Under the pieces are notes generated by a model. That model searched no databases, was not told the origin of the DNA, and saw nothing but the letters and a program-made list of their open reading frames with translations. This document shows, piece after piece, positions 12,140 to 23,877 of a DNA stretch of 39,024 nucleotides. Origin of the DNA: Octopus bimaculoides (lineage: Eukaryota). The stretch spans positions 45,011,500-45,050,523 of the forward strand of contig NC_068993.1 of the NCBI RefSeq assembly GCF_001194135.2, written 5' to 3'. Numbering within the stretch: position 1 is the stretch's first letter; the number at the start of each line of letters is the position of its first letter. The position numbers and the translations under genes were made by a program.

Positions 12140-12880
12140 CATAATGGTTTAAAACAGGACAGCCATGTGCTAGCCTTTTCCTTGTTCAACATCATCTTTG
12201 CTGTCATGCTGAAGCATATGACTGATTGGACTTAGCTTTGCACCAGATTGGACAAGAAGCTGCTCAGTTGCTCCTAGCCGAGAGAGGAATCTAAAGTACA
12301 TGAAGTACTTGTCAGGGACATGTTGTTTTCAGACAACACAACACCAGTAATATATTCTAAAGGGCAGCTGCAATGCCTGTGGACTGCTTCTCAACAGTCT
12401 GCCAAGACTTCAACTTGATTAACAGTCTGAAGAAGACTAAAATGTTGATTCAAAATATTAAGCAACTTCCTCATGTTGCTTCTTGCTTGCTTCATGCTCT
12501 TGATGAGGTTGAGGTCATCCCAGGTTAGTGGTACCAGAGGTGTCATTGTCCATAGAGCCGACTAGGTCCGCCAGCGCTCACCATCGCTGGCAGTCCCATG
12601 CCAGCCCTTCTGCATCCTAATGTTATGATCAATAATTGTTAGGTTAAGGTAGTCTGTGAGTTTACTTACCTTGGCTCCACTATCAGAGTTAGCCTCTCTC
12701 TAAAGTCTCAGATTAACAGAAGAACAGCTTTGAACCACACCAGGCTAATAAAAGGAATCTGGGAGAACAACAAGCTAATAATGCACACCAAAATTGCAAC
12801 CTGCTTTACTGCACTGACAACTGGAGCTTTTACACCAGACAAAAGTGGTATCTCAACACTTACTCTCACACTAACCACTA
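12140..12880 (+). mobile_element. Decayed RTE LINE reverse-transcriptase fragment, interrupted at about 12478-12615
   Basis: With frameshifts it reads NGLKQ..VLAFSLFNIIFAVMLKH...RLDKKL...KVHEVLVRDMLFSDN...QDFNLINSLKKTK...VVCEFTYLGST...IWENNKLIMHTK. These match the RTE GVKQGCVLAP, LFADD and FTYLGS motifs. Confidence 0.85.
12478..12615 (-). mobile_element. 5'-truncated 3' end of a second RTE-like LINE with an (AAGC)n-like tail, inserted into the RT fragment
   Basis: The minus strand reads DAEGLAWDCQRW*ALADLV, then aagcaagcaagaagc. It is bracketed by near-identical 9-mers cctcatgtt (12469) and cctaatgtt (12616). Confidence 0.6.
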
Positions 12881-13856
12881 GGTCATGTACTTTCACACCT
12901 ACATATGTAATCTCTTAATATAGAATTGGGAGTGAACTGTAATAACTATGAGATTAAGTTGTTGGATTGGTGAATGCAATAGTATATTGTTCAAAGCAAG
13001 AGAAACTATTCTACCTGCTTTATTTTTGTCTAGTTGTGAAATAAGCAAGCTTTCTTGGTGTGTAGTTGAATGATTGAATGGTTAAACAACAGGAAAAGCA
13101 TCTAGCTGTAATAGTACATGCTACAGCAATATGTTATGTATGCTTGAATTTGTAGGAAATCAATGTAAGACTGTATGTACTTGTATGTATATGCAGTTGT
13201 GAGTGTGCATGCATGTATATTTGTAGTCATCATTAAGCTCACCATAGTTCCTGTTTTCTTCTTGCTGACATAAGATAGACGGTCCCGTTTTAGAACCCCA
13301 ACATCTCAAGTTGATTCAACATCACTATTTATTATGTTTTATAATGTGTGTTTTTGTGTTTATGTATGTGTGTGTTGATTTTTATTAAATGACCTTATCT
13401 AAGTGTTCCCATGATTTGGGGCTGCTGTTTTGGGCAAATTTTACTCTCTGATAGCCCATGGCACTGAGAGATTTGAACTTTGACTTGGCAAAACTATAAA
13501 ACTCCCATCCCTCAATTACATGGAGTTACAGCTGTTTCCCTGTGGCTAGTTGCTGTTGATGACCAGGTCAGCCCTGATTGAAATGACCTCTAATTAAAAG
13601 GTATCCAAGTGATTACTACCTTTCTTTTATTCTTGTATTCTTTTATTTATTTGCTTATTTATTTATTTATTCTTTTATTTGTTTGTTTTAGTCGTGGACT
13701 GTGGCCATGCCAGGGCATGGCTTTGAAGGGTTTTAGTTGATGAGATTGACTTTAGTACTTATTTTTTAAGTCTGAGACTGGTTCTCTTTTGCTGACTCAC
13801 TAAATTAGAGGGATATAAACAAACCAACACAAGTTGTCAACTGGTGGTAATGGAGA

Positions 13857-13911
<55 letters not shown>

Positions 13912-14644
13912 GGCTTCTAGACCAATTCTGTCAACTGAATTCATTCACATGGCATTGGTTAGCCTGAGGCTATGGTAGAAGACACTTACCTAAGACGTTG
14001 TGCAATAGGACTGAACCTGCTTATCCATACAGCCATACCTGTGCCTATATCAGCTATTCTAACAATTGCGTACCCTGGACTATGTGTCCTTTCCTAAAGC
14101 TGTATCCGTGAGATTTGATTGCTATTTCTAGCAAGTTGAGCAACCCCCACAGAGGTTCCCAAGTTGCTGTAGAGCTCTTGGATTGCTAAGGCACCACACT
14201 CCATCCTTCCCCACTCCCACCTTTTATCTGCCTTGCTGGAGTCATGCTGTAGAATGTATAGCAGCACATCAGTCAAATTTATTCAATCAACTGTGAACAG
14301 CATGCTCAGCAGAGGTAAATGTCTCGCTCAAGTGTGCACACGTACATTGTGTATGTCTGTGTTTCATGTATGTTTATGTCTTATCTGCTTCTCTCTCTCT
14401 CTCTCTCCACACACACACAGATACACAAGTATATAAATATAAACAAATGTCTATGTTTAAGTATACATATTTAGACACACACACACACTCACACACGTGT
14501 ATATAATGATAGTGTTGATAAATACAATTGATTTTTCTTTTAATATTTGATGTACCAAAGAGCTATTTTTAGAAAGCTTATATAACAGTTTGACATTGTG
14601 TATGTACACATGCACATACAGACACACACACATACATATAGGCA

Positions 14645-14675
<31 letters not shown>

Positions 14676-15599
14676 AACAAATAATAAATGAGTATATGCA
14701 TATATACGTACAAGTATGTGCATACCTACATCTACCTGTATATATAGGTGCATATCTGGGTACAGGACATTGCAAACAAAACGTAGACAAAAAAAATAAT
14801 AAAAACCAGAGTACAGAAAACACACAGGCCACATAGAGAACATTTTCCTTCATTAGCTGCTCCCATATATACATATATGGTAAGTTAAATATAAAGTAAA
14901 AAAATTAAAGTTAANNNNNNNNNNNNNNNNNNNNNNNNNNNNNNNNNNNNNNNNNNNNNNNNNNNNNNNNNNNNNNNNNNNNNNNNNNNNNNNNNNNNNN
15001 NNNNNNNNNNNNNNNNNNNNNNNNNNNNNNNNNNNNNNNNNNNNNNNNNNNNNNNNNNNNNNNNNNNNNNNNNNNNNNNNNNNNNNNNNNNNNNNNNNNN
15101 NNNNNNNNNNNNNNNNNNNNNNNNNNNNNNNNNNNNNNNNNNNNNNNNNNNNNNNNNNNNNNNNNNNNNNNNNNNNNNNNNNNNNNNNNNNNNNNNNNNN
15201 NNNNNNNNNNNNNNNNNNNNNNNNNNNNNNNNNNNNNNNNNNNNNNNNNNNNNNNNNNNNNNNNNNNNNNNNNNNNNNNNNNNNNNNNNNNNNNNNNNNN
15301 NNNNNNNNNNNNNNNNNNNNNNNNNNNNNNNNNNNNNNNNNNNNNNNNNNNNNNNNNNNNNNNNNNNNNNNNNNNNNNNNNNNNNNNNNNNNNNNNNNNN
15401 NNNNNNNNNNNNNNNNNNNNNNNNNNNNNNNNNNNNNNNNNNNNNNNNNNNNNNNNNNNNNNNNNNNNNNNNNNNNNNNNNNNNNNNNNNNNNNNNNACA
15501 TACACACATATCTAAATCTCTATATATACTCATCTTAAACAGAGCGTCAACATAATACATTCACAGTTTGTACATCTTTTGACATTTGTTTTTGTTTTG

Positions 15600-15634
<35 letters not shown>

Positions 15635-15949
15635 AGAGAGAGAGAGAGAGATAAAGACATATATGTAATGTATCTATGTGTGTGTATGTATGTTTAGATG
15701 TGTGGGCGTGTATGTGTATTGATCCCTTCTCTCCTCATTTTAAACATTTTATGAAGCTGCAAACAAATACTTAATGGTTGATAGATGGCGCTAGCTCTAA
15801 TGGTTGCTACCACTAATTACACTAAACCCTACTTAGTGAAACAATGGCATCATTAAAAGACAACATTGCTGTTGGTGTTGGCAATGTTCTTTCAATGAGT
15901 TTTTGTTGAAGAACACCATTATTTCTTCCCTCTCAGCCTTCATTCATCT

Positions 15950-16310
15950 TGTTGATTTCTCTCTCTCTCTCTCTCTGTCCCTCTCTCTCCTCTCTCCTTC
16001 TCTCAGTACTTACTCTCACTCTCACCTTACTCTCATTCGTTCTCTCTCTAATCACTTTTCTTTCTACTTGCTCTTACTCCCTCTCTCTTTCTACTCAGCC
16101 TATCTTTCATTTCAACCTCTCTTTCTATTCAACCTCTCTCACTTTCTACTTTCTCTCTCTCTCTCTCCCTCTACTTATTCTCTTGGTCNNNNNNNNNNTC
16201 TCTTGCTCTCTCTTTCTCTCCCCCCCCTCTCTCACACCATAAGCTGCTGCTGCTGCTACTATTACTGCTGCTGCTTCCACAACATTCATATTTCCACCAT
16301 CACCACCACG

Positions 16311-16356
<46 letters not shown>

Positions 16357-16357
16357 T

Positions 16358-16405
<48 letters not shown>

Positions 16406-16431
16406 CACTACCACTACCACTACTACTACTA

Positions 16432-16479
<48 letters not shown>

Positions 16480-16490
16480 TTACTACTTTT
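15950..16490. repeat. (CT)-rich tract followed by a long (CTA)n/(CCA)n trinucleotide array
   Basis: Read directly. It explains the poly-Thr and poly-Ser ORFs in the ORF track. Confidence 0.95.
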
Positions 16491-16830
16491 CATGCACAGT
16501 GGTCAGTGTCATACCACTGTAACTTCCACCATGTTTCCATTTCCACTACTGTGTAGTTGTAACTGTTGCTTCTTGCCTTCAACCACAATGTACACACTTC
16601 CCTTCTTCACCATTGCACCCACCGCCGTCACCTCTAAACCATTACACTCATCATCATCACCCCCACCTCACCCCCACCATGTCACCTGTAAATCACATCC
16701 ACCATCACCACCGCCGCATGCCACTCCATTGTGTTGAAGATAGAGTGGTGTATGGTGGTGGTGGTGGTTATGGTGATGACTTTAAAGTTGTAGAGCTTTG
16801 TGTAGAAGTGAAGTAAGGGTTAGGATCAAA

Positions 16831-17110
16831 GTGGCTCAGTAGGTAATGTATTAGACTTTCAGTTCAAGAGTTGATAGTTTCTATGTTCGATATCGATTTT
16901 GTTGTTTCTGTTTGTTGATGGTGATCTTGGCTCTGTATGAGGTGTGGCGTGTATATAGAGGTTCATTACTTACTATGGGCAACATCACATTTTGAACTGT
17001 GTGAGTAATATCGCCATAGTGATCTCATTGTGATGGTCAGAGATTTGCCGAAACATTACTTTGTGATCCCAAAGATTTTATGGATCAGTATGCTTAGGAA
17101 TAGTAGTTAA
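16831..17110 (+). mobile_element. Single-copy (in window) tRNA-derived SINE candidate, family D
   Basis: A-box-like gtggctcagtagg at 16831 and B-box-like gttcgatatc at 16885. The body is unrelated to families A-C. Confidence 0.45.
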
Positions 17111-17144
17111 ATAATTCAGTCCATTATAAGAACAGTTTGAATAA

Positions 17145-17480
17145 AACATCATCATCATACACTGTCCATTTTCCATGCTGGCATGGGTCAGACAGCTTGA
17201 CTGGAGCTGGTAAGCCAGAGATATGTACCAGGCTCAAGTCTGTTTTGGCTTGAGTTCTATGGCTGGATATCTTTCCCAATGCCAACCACTTTACAGTGTG
17301 TACTGGGTGTCTTTTATATGCCACTAGCTTAAATACCTTCTACATGTCACTGGCACTGGTGCCTTTTACGTGTCACCGGCACTGGCCACAACCAGAATTT
17401 CACTTAGCTTGATGTGTCTTCTCAAGCCCAGCAAATTGCTAGAAGTCTCTGTCACTTGTCATCACCTCTGTGAGACTCAA
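17145..17480 (-). mobile_element. 5'-truncated copy of the same RTE 3' UTR as 9690-9970
   Basis: The reverse complement aligns by eye to 9690-9970 (gacttctagcaatttgctgggcttgagaagac...cccatgccagcatggaaaa...gatgatg). Confidence 0.78.
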
Positions 17481-17529
17481 CAACCAAAAATTGAAATATC
17501 TGCAGTACAGTTGGCCTGTACATAAAGCA

Positions 17530-17910
17530 TTAAAATATCTCCAACAATTCCAGTTTTGAATTGTGACTTGCATCTTCCCAGGTAACGCTAAGTTGCTTCA
17601 GATCTTCTTTGGAAGTGGCATGCCATGTCTTCTTGGGTGTCCCTCTTTTTTTTTTTNNNNNNNNNNGCCTTCAGTATTTGTCCTTTAGGCAGTTGGAAAA
17701 CTTGGCATACAAGTTTCACCTTCTTTCTGCTATGATCGCCTACTGGCTGCATGGAGTGGCTCTTCTCAAGGCATTAGAGTTTGTAATTCTGTTTCTGTAG
17801 GATCTTGAGTATTCTGTGTAGACACCATCGATAGAATGCATTCAATCTCTAACTAATCTTGGCAGTCATTTTCCAACCGTTTCCTACAGACTGCTTTTAG
17901 CCAATAATGA
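17530..17910 (-). mobile_element. Decayed RTE LINE ORF2 C-terminal fragment
   Basis: The minus strand reads WKMTAKIS*RLNAFYRWCLHRILKI...PKKTWHATSKEDLKQLSVTWEDA, matching the RTE ETW...RCLRRILKI...RPRKTW motifs. Confidence 0.75.
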
Positions 17911-18789
17911 TGTCAGCACTTATCATGATGATGATGGCTATTATGATGACTAGTTTAATAATCCTTTCTAATTTTGGTACAAGGCTTGCAATTTCAAGGA
18001 GAAGAGTAATTTGGTAACATCATCTTCAGTGCTTGACCGTTCTTTTTTTTTTTTTATTGGCCCCTAAACCATGAAAGGCTGTATTTGAATTCAAAATGTT
18101 AAGAGCCAGAAGAGATGCTGTTAAACATTTCGTCTGGCACAATAACAATTCTGCCAGCTTTCCTCCTTGATGACTAGGATAATAGTGATGACAAAGATGA
18201 TGATGATGATGACAAAGATGATGATGATGATGATGATAATGATGATATTCAATAAATAAAGAAATAGGTTTTTCCTATTCTCCCATTGTGTGCAGAAATA
18301 ACTCGATGTCTAATGTAAATAGTCATTAAAAAAAAATTGTTTTTATTTTTATTTTATTTAAATTATTACAATTTCTTTTGGTGTCAATTAATTTCCAAAC
18401 CGTTTTAGGCATCATTAGAAATGTCCAGATGTAAACCAATTACTTTTCTGGCATCTTGAGTATGTTTGGGATATTTACAAGTAAATCTACGAGGAAAACT
18501 GCCAAAATTGTTTCCAAGTTTTTTGAAAAGTTTATTGATTACCTTGTCTATAGTTTATTTTGGTCTCTCTTTCTCTCTCTCTCACACACACATACCACAA
18601 TACAAGTACATTTCTCTTTTGTCTTTTTCTTCTCTTTCTACTTTTTACTATTCTGTGTGTGTGTGTATGTGTGTGAGAGAGAGAGAGAGTGTAAACACAC
18701 ACACACACACATACACACACACACACACACACACATTTAAAAAATGTGTTTTTGCAAAAGATTCTTGATACTGGTTATTTTTATAGACA

Positions 18790-19120
18790 CAAGTATGGCT
18801 ATGTGGTAAGAAGCTTGCTTTCTAACAACATGGTTCCAGGTTCAGTCCTACTGCATGGCACCTTGGGCAAGTGTCTTTTGCTATAGCCTCAGGCTGACTG
18901 AAGCCTGTGAGTGGATTTGGTAGACAGAAACTAGAAGAAGCCCATCCTGTGTGTATGTGTGTTTGTGTTTGTATGTGTGTGTGTCTGTGTTTGCTCCCCA
19001 TCACAGTTTGACAACGGTTTATGTCCCTGTATCCTAGCAGTTTGTCAAAAGAGACCAATAAAATAGGTACCAAATTTAACAAAAAATTAAGTGTTGGGAT
19101 TGATTCAGTCAACTAAAATT
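18790..19120 (+). mobile_element. SINE family A copy
   Basis: Aligns to 2177-2530. Confidence 0.8.
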
Positions 19121-20080
19121 TCAAATGGTAAAAGTAAGTCTTCTGCTTTATCAAAATAGATCATTATGTTTCTTTTCAGTTTCAATTAACAACTAATTAA
19201 TGTCTTGAAGAAAAACAATACAATATTGAACATTTAAAGTTGTTCTGAAGAATTATTATTTAAACCAATAATTTGAAGAGCTGATATTATTGATTATGTA
19301 AAGTTGTCCTCAAGAATGGCCATCAAGTTGACCCAATAACTTGTGGGAATATAAATATAAAAAATATAAATATGAATATAAAAATATATAAAATCTAAAA
19401 AATGAGACTATAAAAAACATCGAAAATATTTGAAATTGTCCTCAAATATTCTAATATAAACCAGACAAGGAGAAAAATGATAGGAAAATTTATAAATGTG
19501 AGCCTGATAAAAATTTAAAAGAAATTTTGTTTATTAGCTGTTTTATTTTGTTTTTTAGCCAACGTATTTGATGGCTTAAAAGCTAAAAGATGCATGGGCA
19601 TATCAGATGCATGCGCATATCAGATGCATCTCAATTGCAGCAGCACATATTCATGAGAAATAGTTTTTAGTGCATCTGGAAATTTGAAGCAGAAACTGTG
19701 TGGAAGCACGCTCATTTGGTTTGTAGCTGGTCTAATTCAAAGGTGTAACTAACGTTGTCATATATTGTGTCATACTGATACGGCCTGAGAATTATGTTAA
19801 GGGTGCACGTGTCTTTGGAATACTCAGCCACTTTTCTGCTAATTCTATCTAAGGATTATGTTATGGGTACACGTGTCTGTGAAATAATCAGTCATTTACT
19901 TGCTAATTTAATGAGCAGGCAGTTCAGCTGATCTAGCAAATAATGAATGCTTGTTGTGGAAACCAGTGAAGGATTCATTGTCAATTACAGTGATTATATA
20001 ATGTTGTACAATTTCATTAATTCTGGTGTGATGACTGCCTCATTAAAAAAAATAATTGCCTTTTCATGTGGTGTCTTTTA

Positions 20081-20120
<40 letters not shown>

Positions 20121-20785
20121 CATACACTTATTCATATACTCTCACCTATACCTGCTACAAATCCTGTAAAATGAACCAAGAGAAGAAGTGATTAACATTC
20201 ATACATGCAAGCCTGCATGTGTTTGTGTGTGTATGCATGCATGTGTGTGTGTGTGTGGGGGGGCATGTGTGTGTGTGATAGGGTGAGGTTGAATGGGGGA
20301 AAAGAAAGAAAGACAGAAAGAAAGAAAGGATAACTGTAGAGGTAAGGAGTTGATGATTTGGAAATTTGTTGTGAGTTGAAAAGAAACTGATGATGGTTTT
20401 TATCATCAAAAACAGATTTTAGGAACAGCAACAGAAAAAAAAAAATAAAAAGTAATAAATGAAATTAAAAAAATTACATTTTGTTTTTTTCTTTTATTAT
20501 CCCCTCAATTGCATTTTATTTTATTCCTGCCTGCTTTGAGTTCCTTTGTGTTCTTTGGAACTTCATACAAAACACACAACTTTCTTTCAAGGCTGTTGTT
20601 TAATTCTTCTCTGTTAACAAATAGCATAGCACTTTGGGATGACAGTAGCATAATCATGTAATGCATGACACACAGACACAAACACATACACGCACGTGTG
20701 TGTGTTCAAAGAAACATACATTTATCTCATGTACAAATGCATGCATGCACACATATGCACATGTGCATCCTCACTCACAATGTAT

Positions 20786-20834
<49 letters not shown>

Positions 20835-21089
20835 TCCATTACACACAGTGAATACTGAAATCTATTTAAGTTTATTTACAGGAAAGATCTCTCTACAGAA
20901 AGTCATTAGTTACCAAAATACTCCAGTTCTCTAACTACTCCTGAACTAATCTCTCTTTTAATTTCCTCATCTTATTGATTGTCAGTTTGTTTGTTGTTTT
21001 TATTATTATCATTTTGCAAGTGCACTTCTGGTGTTGTTGCACTTGTTGCTATCTGCCTTTGATTGCATTTAGTTTCCCTAGCTTTGTGA

Positions 21090-21515
21090 TCATTGTCATC
21101 ATTTTTACCATCCACTTATCCATGCTTGCGTGGGTTGGACAGAATTTGTTGAGGAGGATCTTTTTACAGCTAGATGCCCTTCCTGTCACCAACCCTCATC
21201 CGTTTTTTGAGTAAAGTAATAATTCCCCCATGATCAGACATGTTTCTACAGAGGCCTGGTAAGGAATGACACAATTTGCATGACGGTGACACTTGTTTGC
21301 AGCTACCATGCAATGTCAAAACAAGGAGACAGTAACACACATGTGCACGCGTATGCACATGACAACCTTCCATGCAATATCTGTCTACTAAATTCACTCA
21401 CAAGGCATTGGTCAACTCTGAGCTATAGTAGAAGACCCTTGCCCAATGTGTCACATAGTGCTACTGAACCTGAAATCACATGTTTGCAAAGTGAACTTCT
21501 TAACCACACAGCCAA
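21090..21515 (-). mobile_element. SINE family A head and core with variant-2 body and an RTE-type tail
   Basis: Head and core as in the 2177 copy. The 3' half matches 8440-8680, 9080-9330 and 11280-11500 instead. Confidence 0.72.
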
Positions 21516-21589
21516 GCCTGTACATGTGTATTGTGTATAATGTTTTGTTTGCTTAGCATTAAGGGTTTTCAGTTGTGTAGAATGTATGT

Positions 21590-22075
21590 TGTGTGAGTTA
21601 TTGGTATTATAGTGATTTACATTACATTACACATCCAATAGTCTGGTTGACCATTAGGGTACCACTGATGACTTTGCTACCAGATCCCTCCACCCATCTC
21701 TGTCTTTTGCCTCTCACACTGTGTCTGTTATCTTTAGGTCTGTCCACTCACAAATATTGTTTTCCCACCTCTTTCTCTGTCTGCCTCTGCATCTGCCACC
21801 TTTGACTGTTCCCTGAAGGATTCTTTCAGGCATCCCTGATAAGTGGGTGATATGCCCAGACCACCTAAGCTTGTGTTTCTTTACTGTGGCAAGAAGTTCC
21901 TCATAGGGCCCTATTGCCTGCCTTATTCTTCTTTTCACTTCCTTGTTTGTGACACAATCTCTGTATGATATTCTCAAAAGCCTCCTGAAGCATTTCATCT
22001 TTGTAGCCGGGGTTCTTCTTTTGATTTCTGCTGTCAGTGTCCATGTCTCACAGGCATACAGGAATGTTGAATATC
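21590..22075 (-). mobile_element. RTE (BovB/RTE-1-like) LINE ORF2 C-terminus and 3' end
   Basis: FLYACETWTLTAEIKRR...MKCFRRLLRISYRDCVTNKEV...KLRWSGHITHLSG...ILQGTVKGGRCRGRQRKRWENNI (ORF 21714-21998). Confidence 0.92.
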
Positions 22076-22394
22076 TAGGAGTATATGTTGTGTTATACTG
22101 TTGAGCTTGAAGGCATGTGGTTAAATGGTCAGTGTATTTGGTTTACATTGAGCAGGACACTTTATTTTACATCACTCCAATCCACTTAGCTGGCAGAAAT
22201 GAGTAAGTAGTACCTGTATTTCAAAGGGCCAGCTTTGGCACATTGTGTCATGTTGAATCTCCCTGAGAACTATGTTACGGGTACACGTGTTTGTGGAGTG
22301 CTCAGCATGTTAATTTCACAAGCAGGCTGTTCCATTGATTGGATCAACTGGAACCCTCTTTGTCACAACTGATGGAATGCTAGTTGGTTATATT

Positions 22395-23030
22395 GTTGGG
22401 TAATGATTGGACATAGTATTTGTTGTAATAGTTGTATAATTTTCATCAGATGGTTATTGCGTAGGATCTCACACAGAATATAGGTTATATCTAGTTAAGC
22501 TATTTTAGTGGCAGTAACATTGTGAACTCTGGTATGGCTCATACTTTTGCTCATATTTTCTTAAAGATAAAACACAGTGTTCCATTTATTAATTGTACCG
22601 TTTTTACTTTTACATATCTTGCTTTTTTTCAATTTTGAAATCCTTGTATTTGGATAGTTTCTCTGCTTCCTTTCATGCAATGTTTACATTAGAGGGGATC
22701 ATGATGTCTATCAGCATGCATGCATTTTCATTCACATTTGATTATTCTATCCGAGCAGTTTGCTTTGATTTCTGTATCAGTTTGATTAGGCATATCACAC
22801 AGATGATTATAACTTTTGTCATTGCCCAGAAGTGTGTTTGGTTTATATTTCTACCATTTCTTATCCGTTTTCACATTGAATTGTTGGCATATTGTCCGAT
22901 GGATATAGCTATCAATTTGATCGTGTCTGTGCATATATTCCAACTTGGCAATGATATTGGACAGCCAGAGATGATGTAGTTAACCGTTTCAAAAAGGTGT
23001 TACTATCGTGACATTCTCATTGCTTTTTAA
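22395..23030 (-). mobile_element. R4/Dong-type (restriction-like endonuclease) LINE, 3' part
   Basis: With frameshifts it reads ETVNYIISGCP...EYMHRHDQIDSYIHRTICQQFNVKTDKKW...CDMPNQTDTEIKANCSDRIIK...CMLIDIMIPSNVNIA*KEAEKLSKYKDFKIE. These match the CCHC tail, RHD, PD and D..K motifs of R4-clade ORFs. Confidence 0.85.
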
Positions 23031-23040
23031 CCCAGCACTA

Positions 23041-23060
23041 GTAGTAGTAGTAATAATGAT

Positions 23061-23108
<48 letters not shown>

Positions 23109-23775
23109 TTCTTTTATTTGCCACCAGGGTGGAATGAGAGAGACAACACAAAGACAGACACAAAGTGTGGGGATTTACATATAATGGAATGATAAAATAA
23201 TTTGAAAAAAAAAAAAAAAAGCATACACAGTATACAATGAAAAGGAAAGGAAATATAGTATGCATAGTTGAAAAGAAAGCAGGTGGATGATAGACATGTA
23301 GCCTTTCTGATACAGGATGACCTCTAGGGATAATCAAGGAACCCCACTGTCTGAGATCTCCCTGAACACCAAGAGCAAGTGCCCCGTCCGATTCCCTTTC
23401 TCTGAGTCGTAGGTCTACACTTAAAGAGGTACCATCCACTCTTGCCATTTTCGTAACTTTAACCCACCTTTCAATAAACCTACTTGAGGACAGCACTTCC
23501 GTCTCCACCCTCAATTTCCTTTTCAAGTGAAACTTGAAGAAGTCAGTGAGACCTCCACCAAAGAGATAAGTATCTGTCCTCATGCATTTCAGCCTCATCC
23601 ACCAGAGAAGCTATTTCACCACAGCCACTAAGCAAAGCAAAACTGCCTTGCTTAAAAGAGAGTGGTGGGGTGGGGCAGTCATTACTATGGACTCAGCCGA
23701 CAGACGGATCTGTCCCACATGTGAAAGTAGCTGTTCATCAGGACACTGAACAGTTTTGTCACTTTGTGCATAATG
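23041..23775 (-). mobile_element. L1/Tx1-like LINE 3' end with AATAAA and a (TTA)n tail
   Basis: Reads AQSDKTVQCP...LLCLVAVVK*LLWWMRLKCMRTDTYL...FFKFHLKRKLRVETEVLSSSRFIERWVKV. The 3' UTR has AATAAA (tttatt at 23113-23118 on +) directly before the (TTA)n tail. The clade call is an inference. Confidence 0.7.
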
Positions 23776-23877
23776 AGGAGGAGGATAATTTTTTCAAATT
23801 TTGGTACAGAGCCAGTAGTTTTTGAGGGGAGGGGGAAGTTGATTACATCAACCCCAGTACTTGACTGGTACTTATTT

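Noticed and set aside
15903-16556. 217-aa poly-Thr ORF, the antisense poly-Ser ORF, and many HTHT/VCVC/YIYI ORFs
   Set aside because: Translations of microsatellites, with no splice or homology support.
20531-20610. Minus-strand 80-nt segment (EELNNSLERKLCVLYEVPKNTKELKA) that would extend the micro-exon chain in phase
   Set aside because: Needs a weak GC donor (CAG|gcagga), so it is not supportable without reads.
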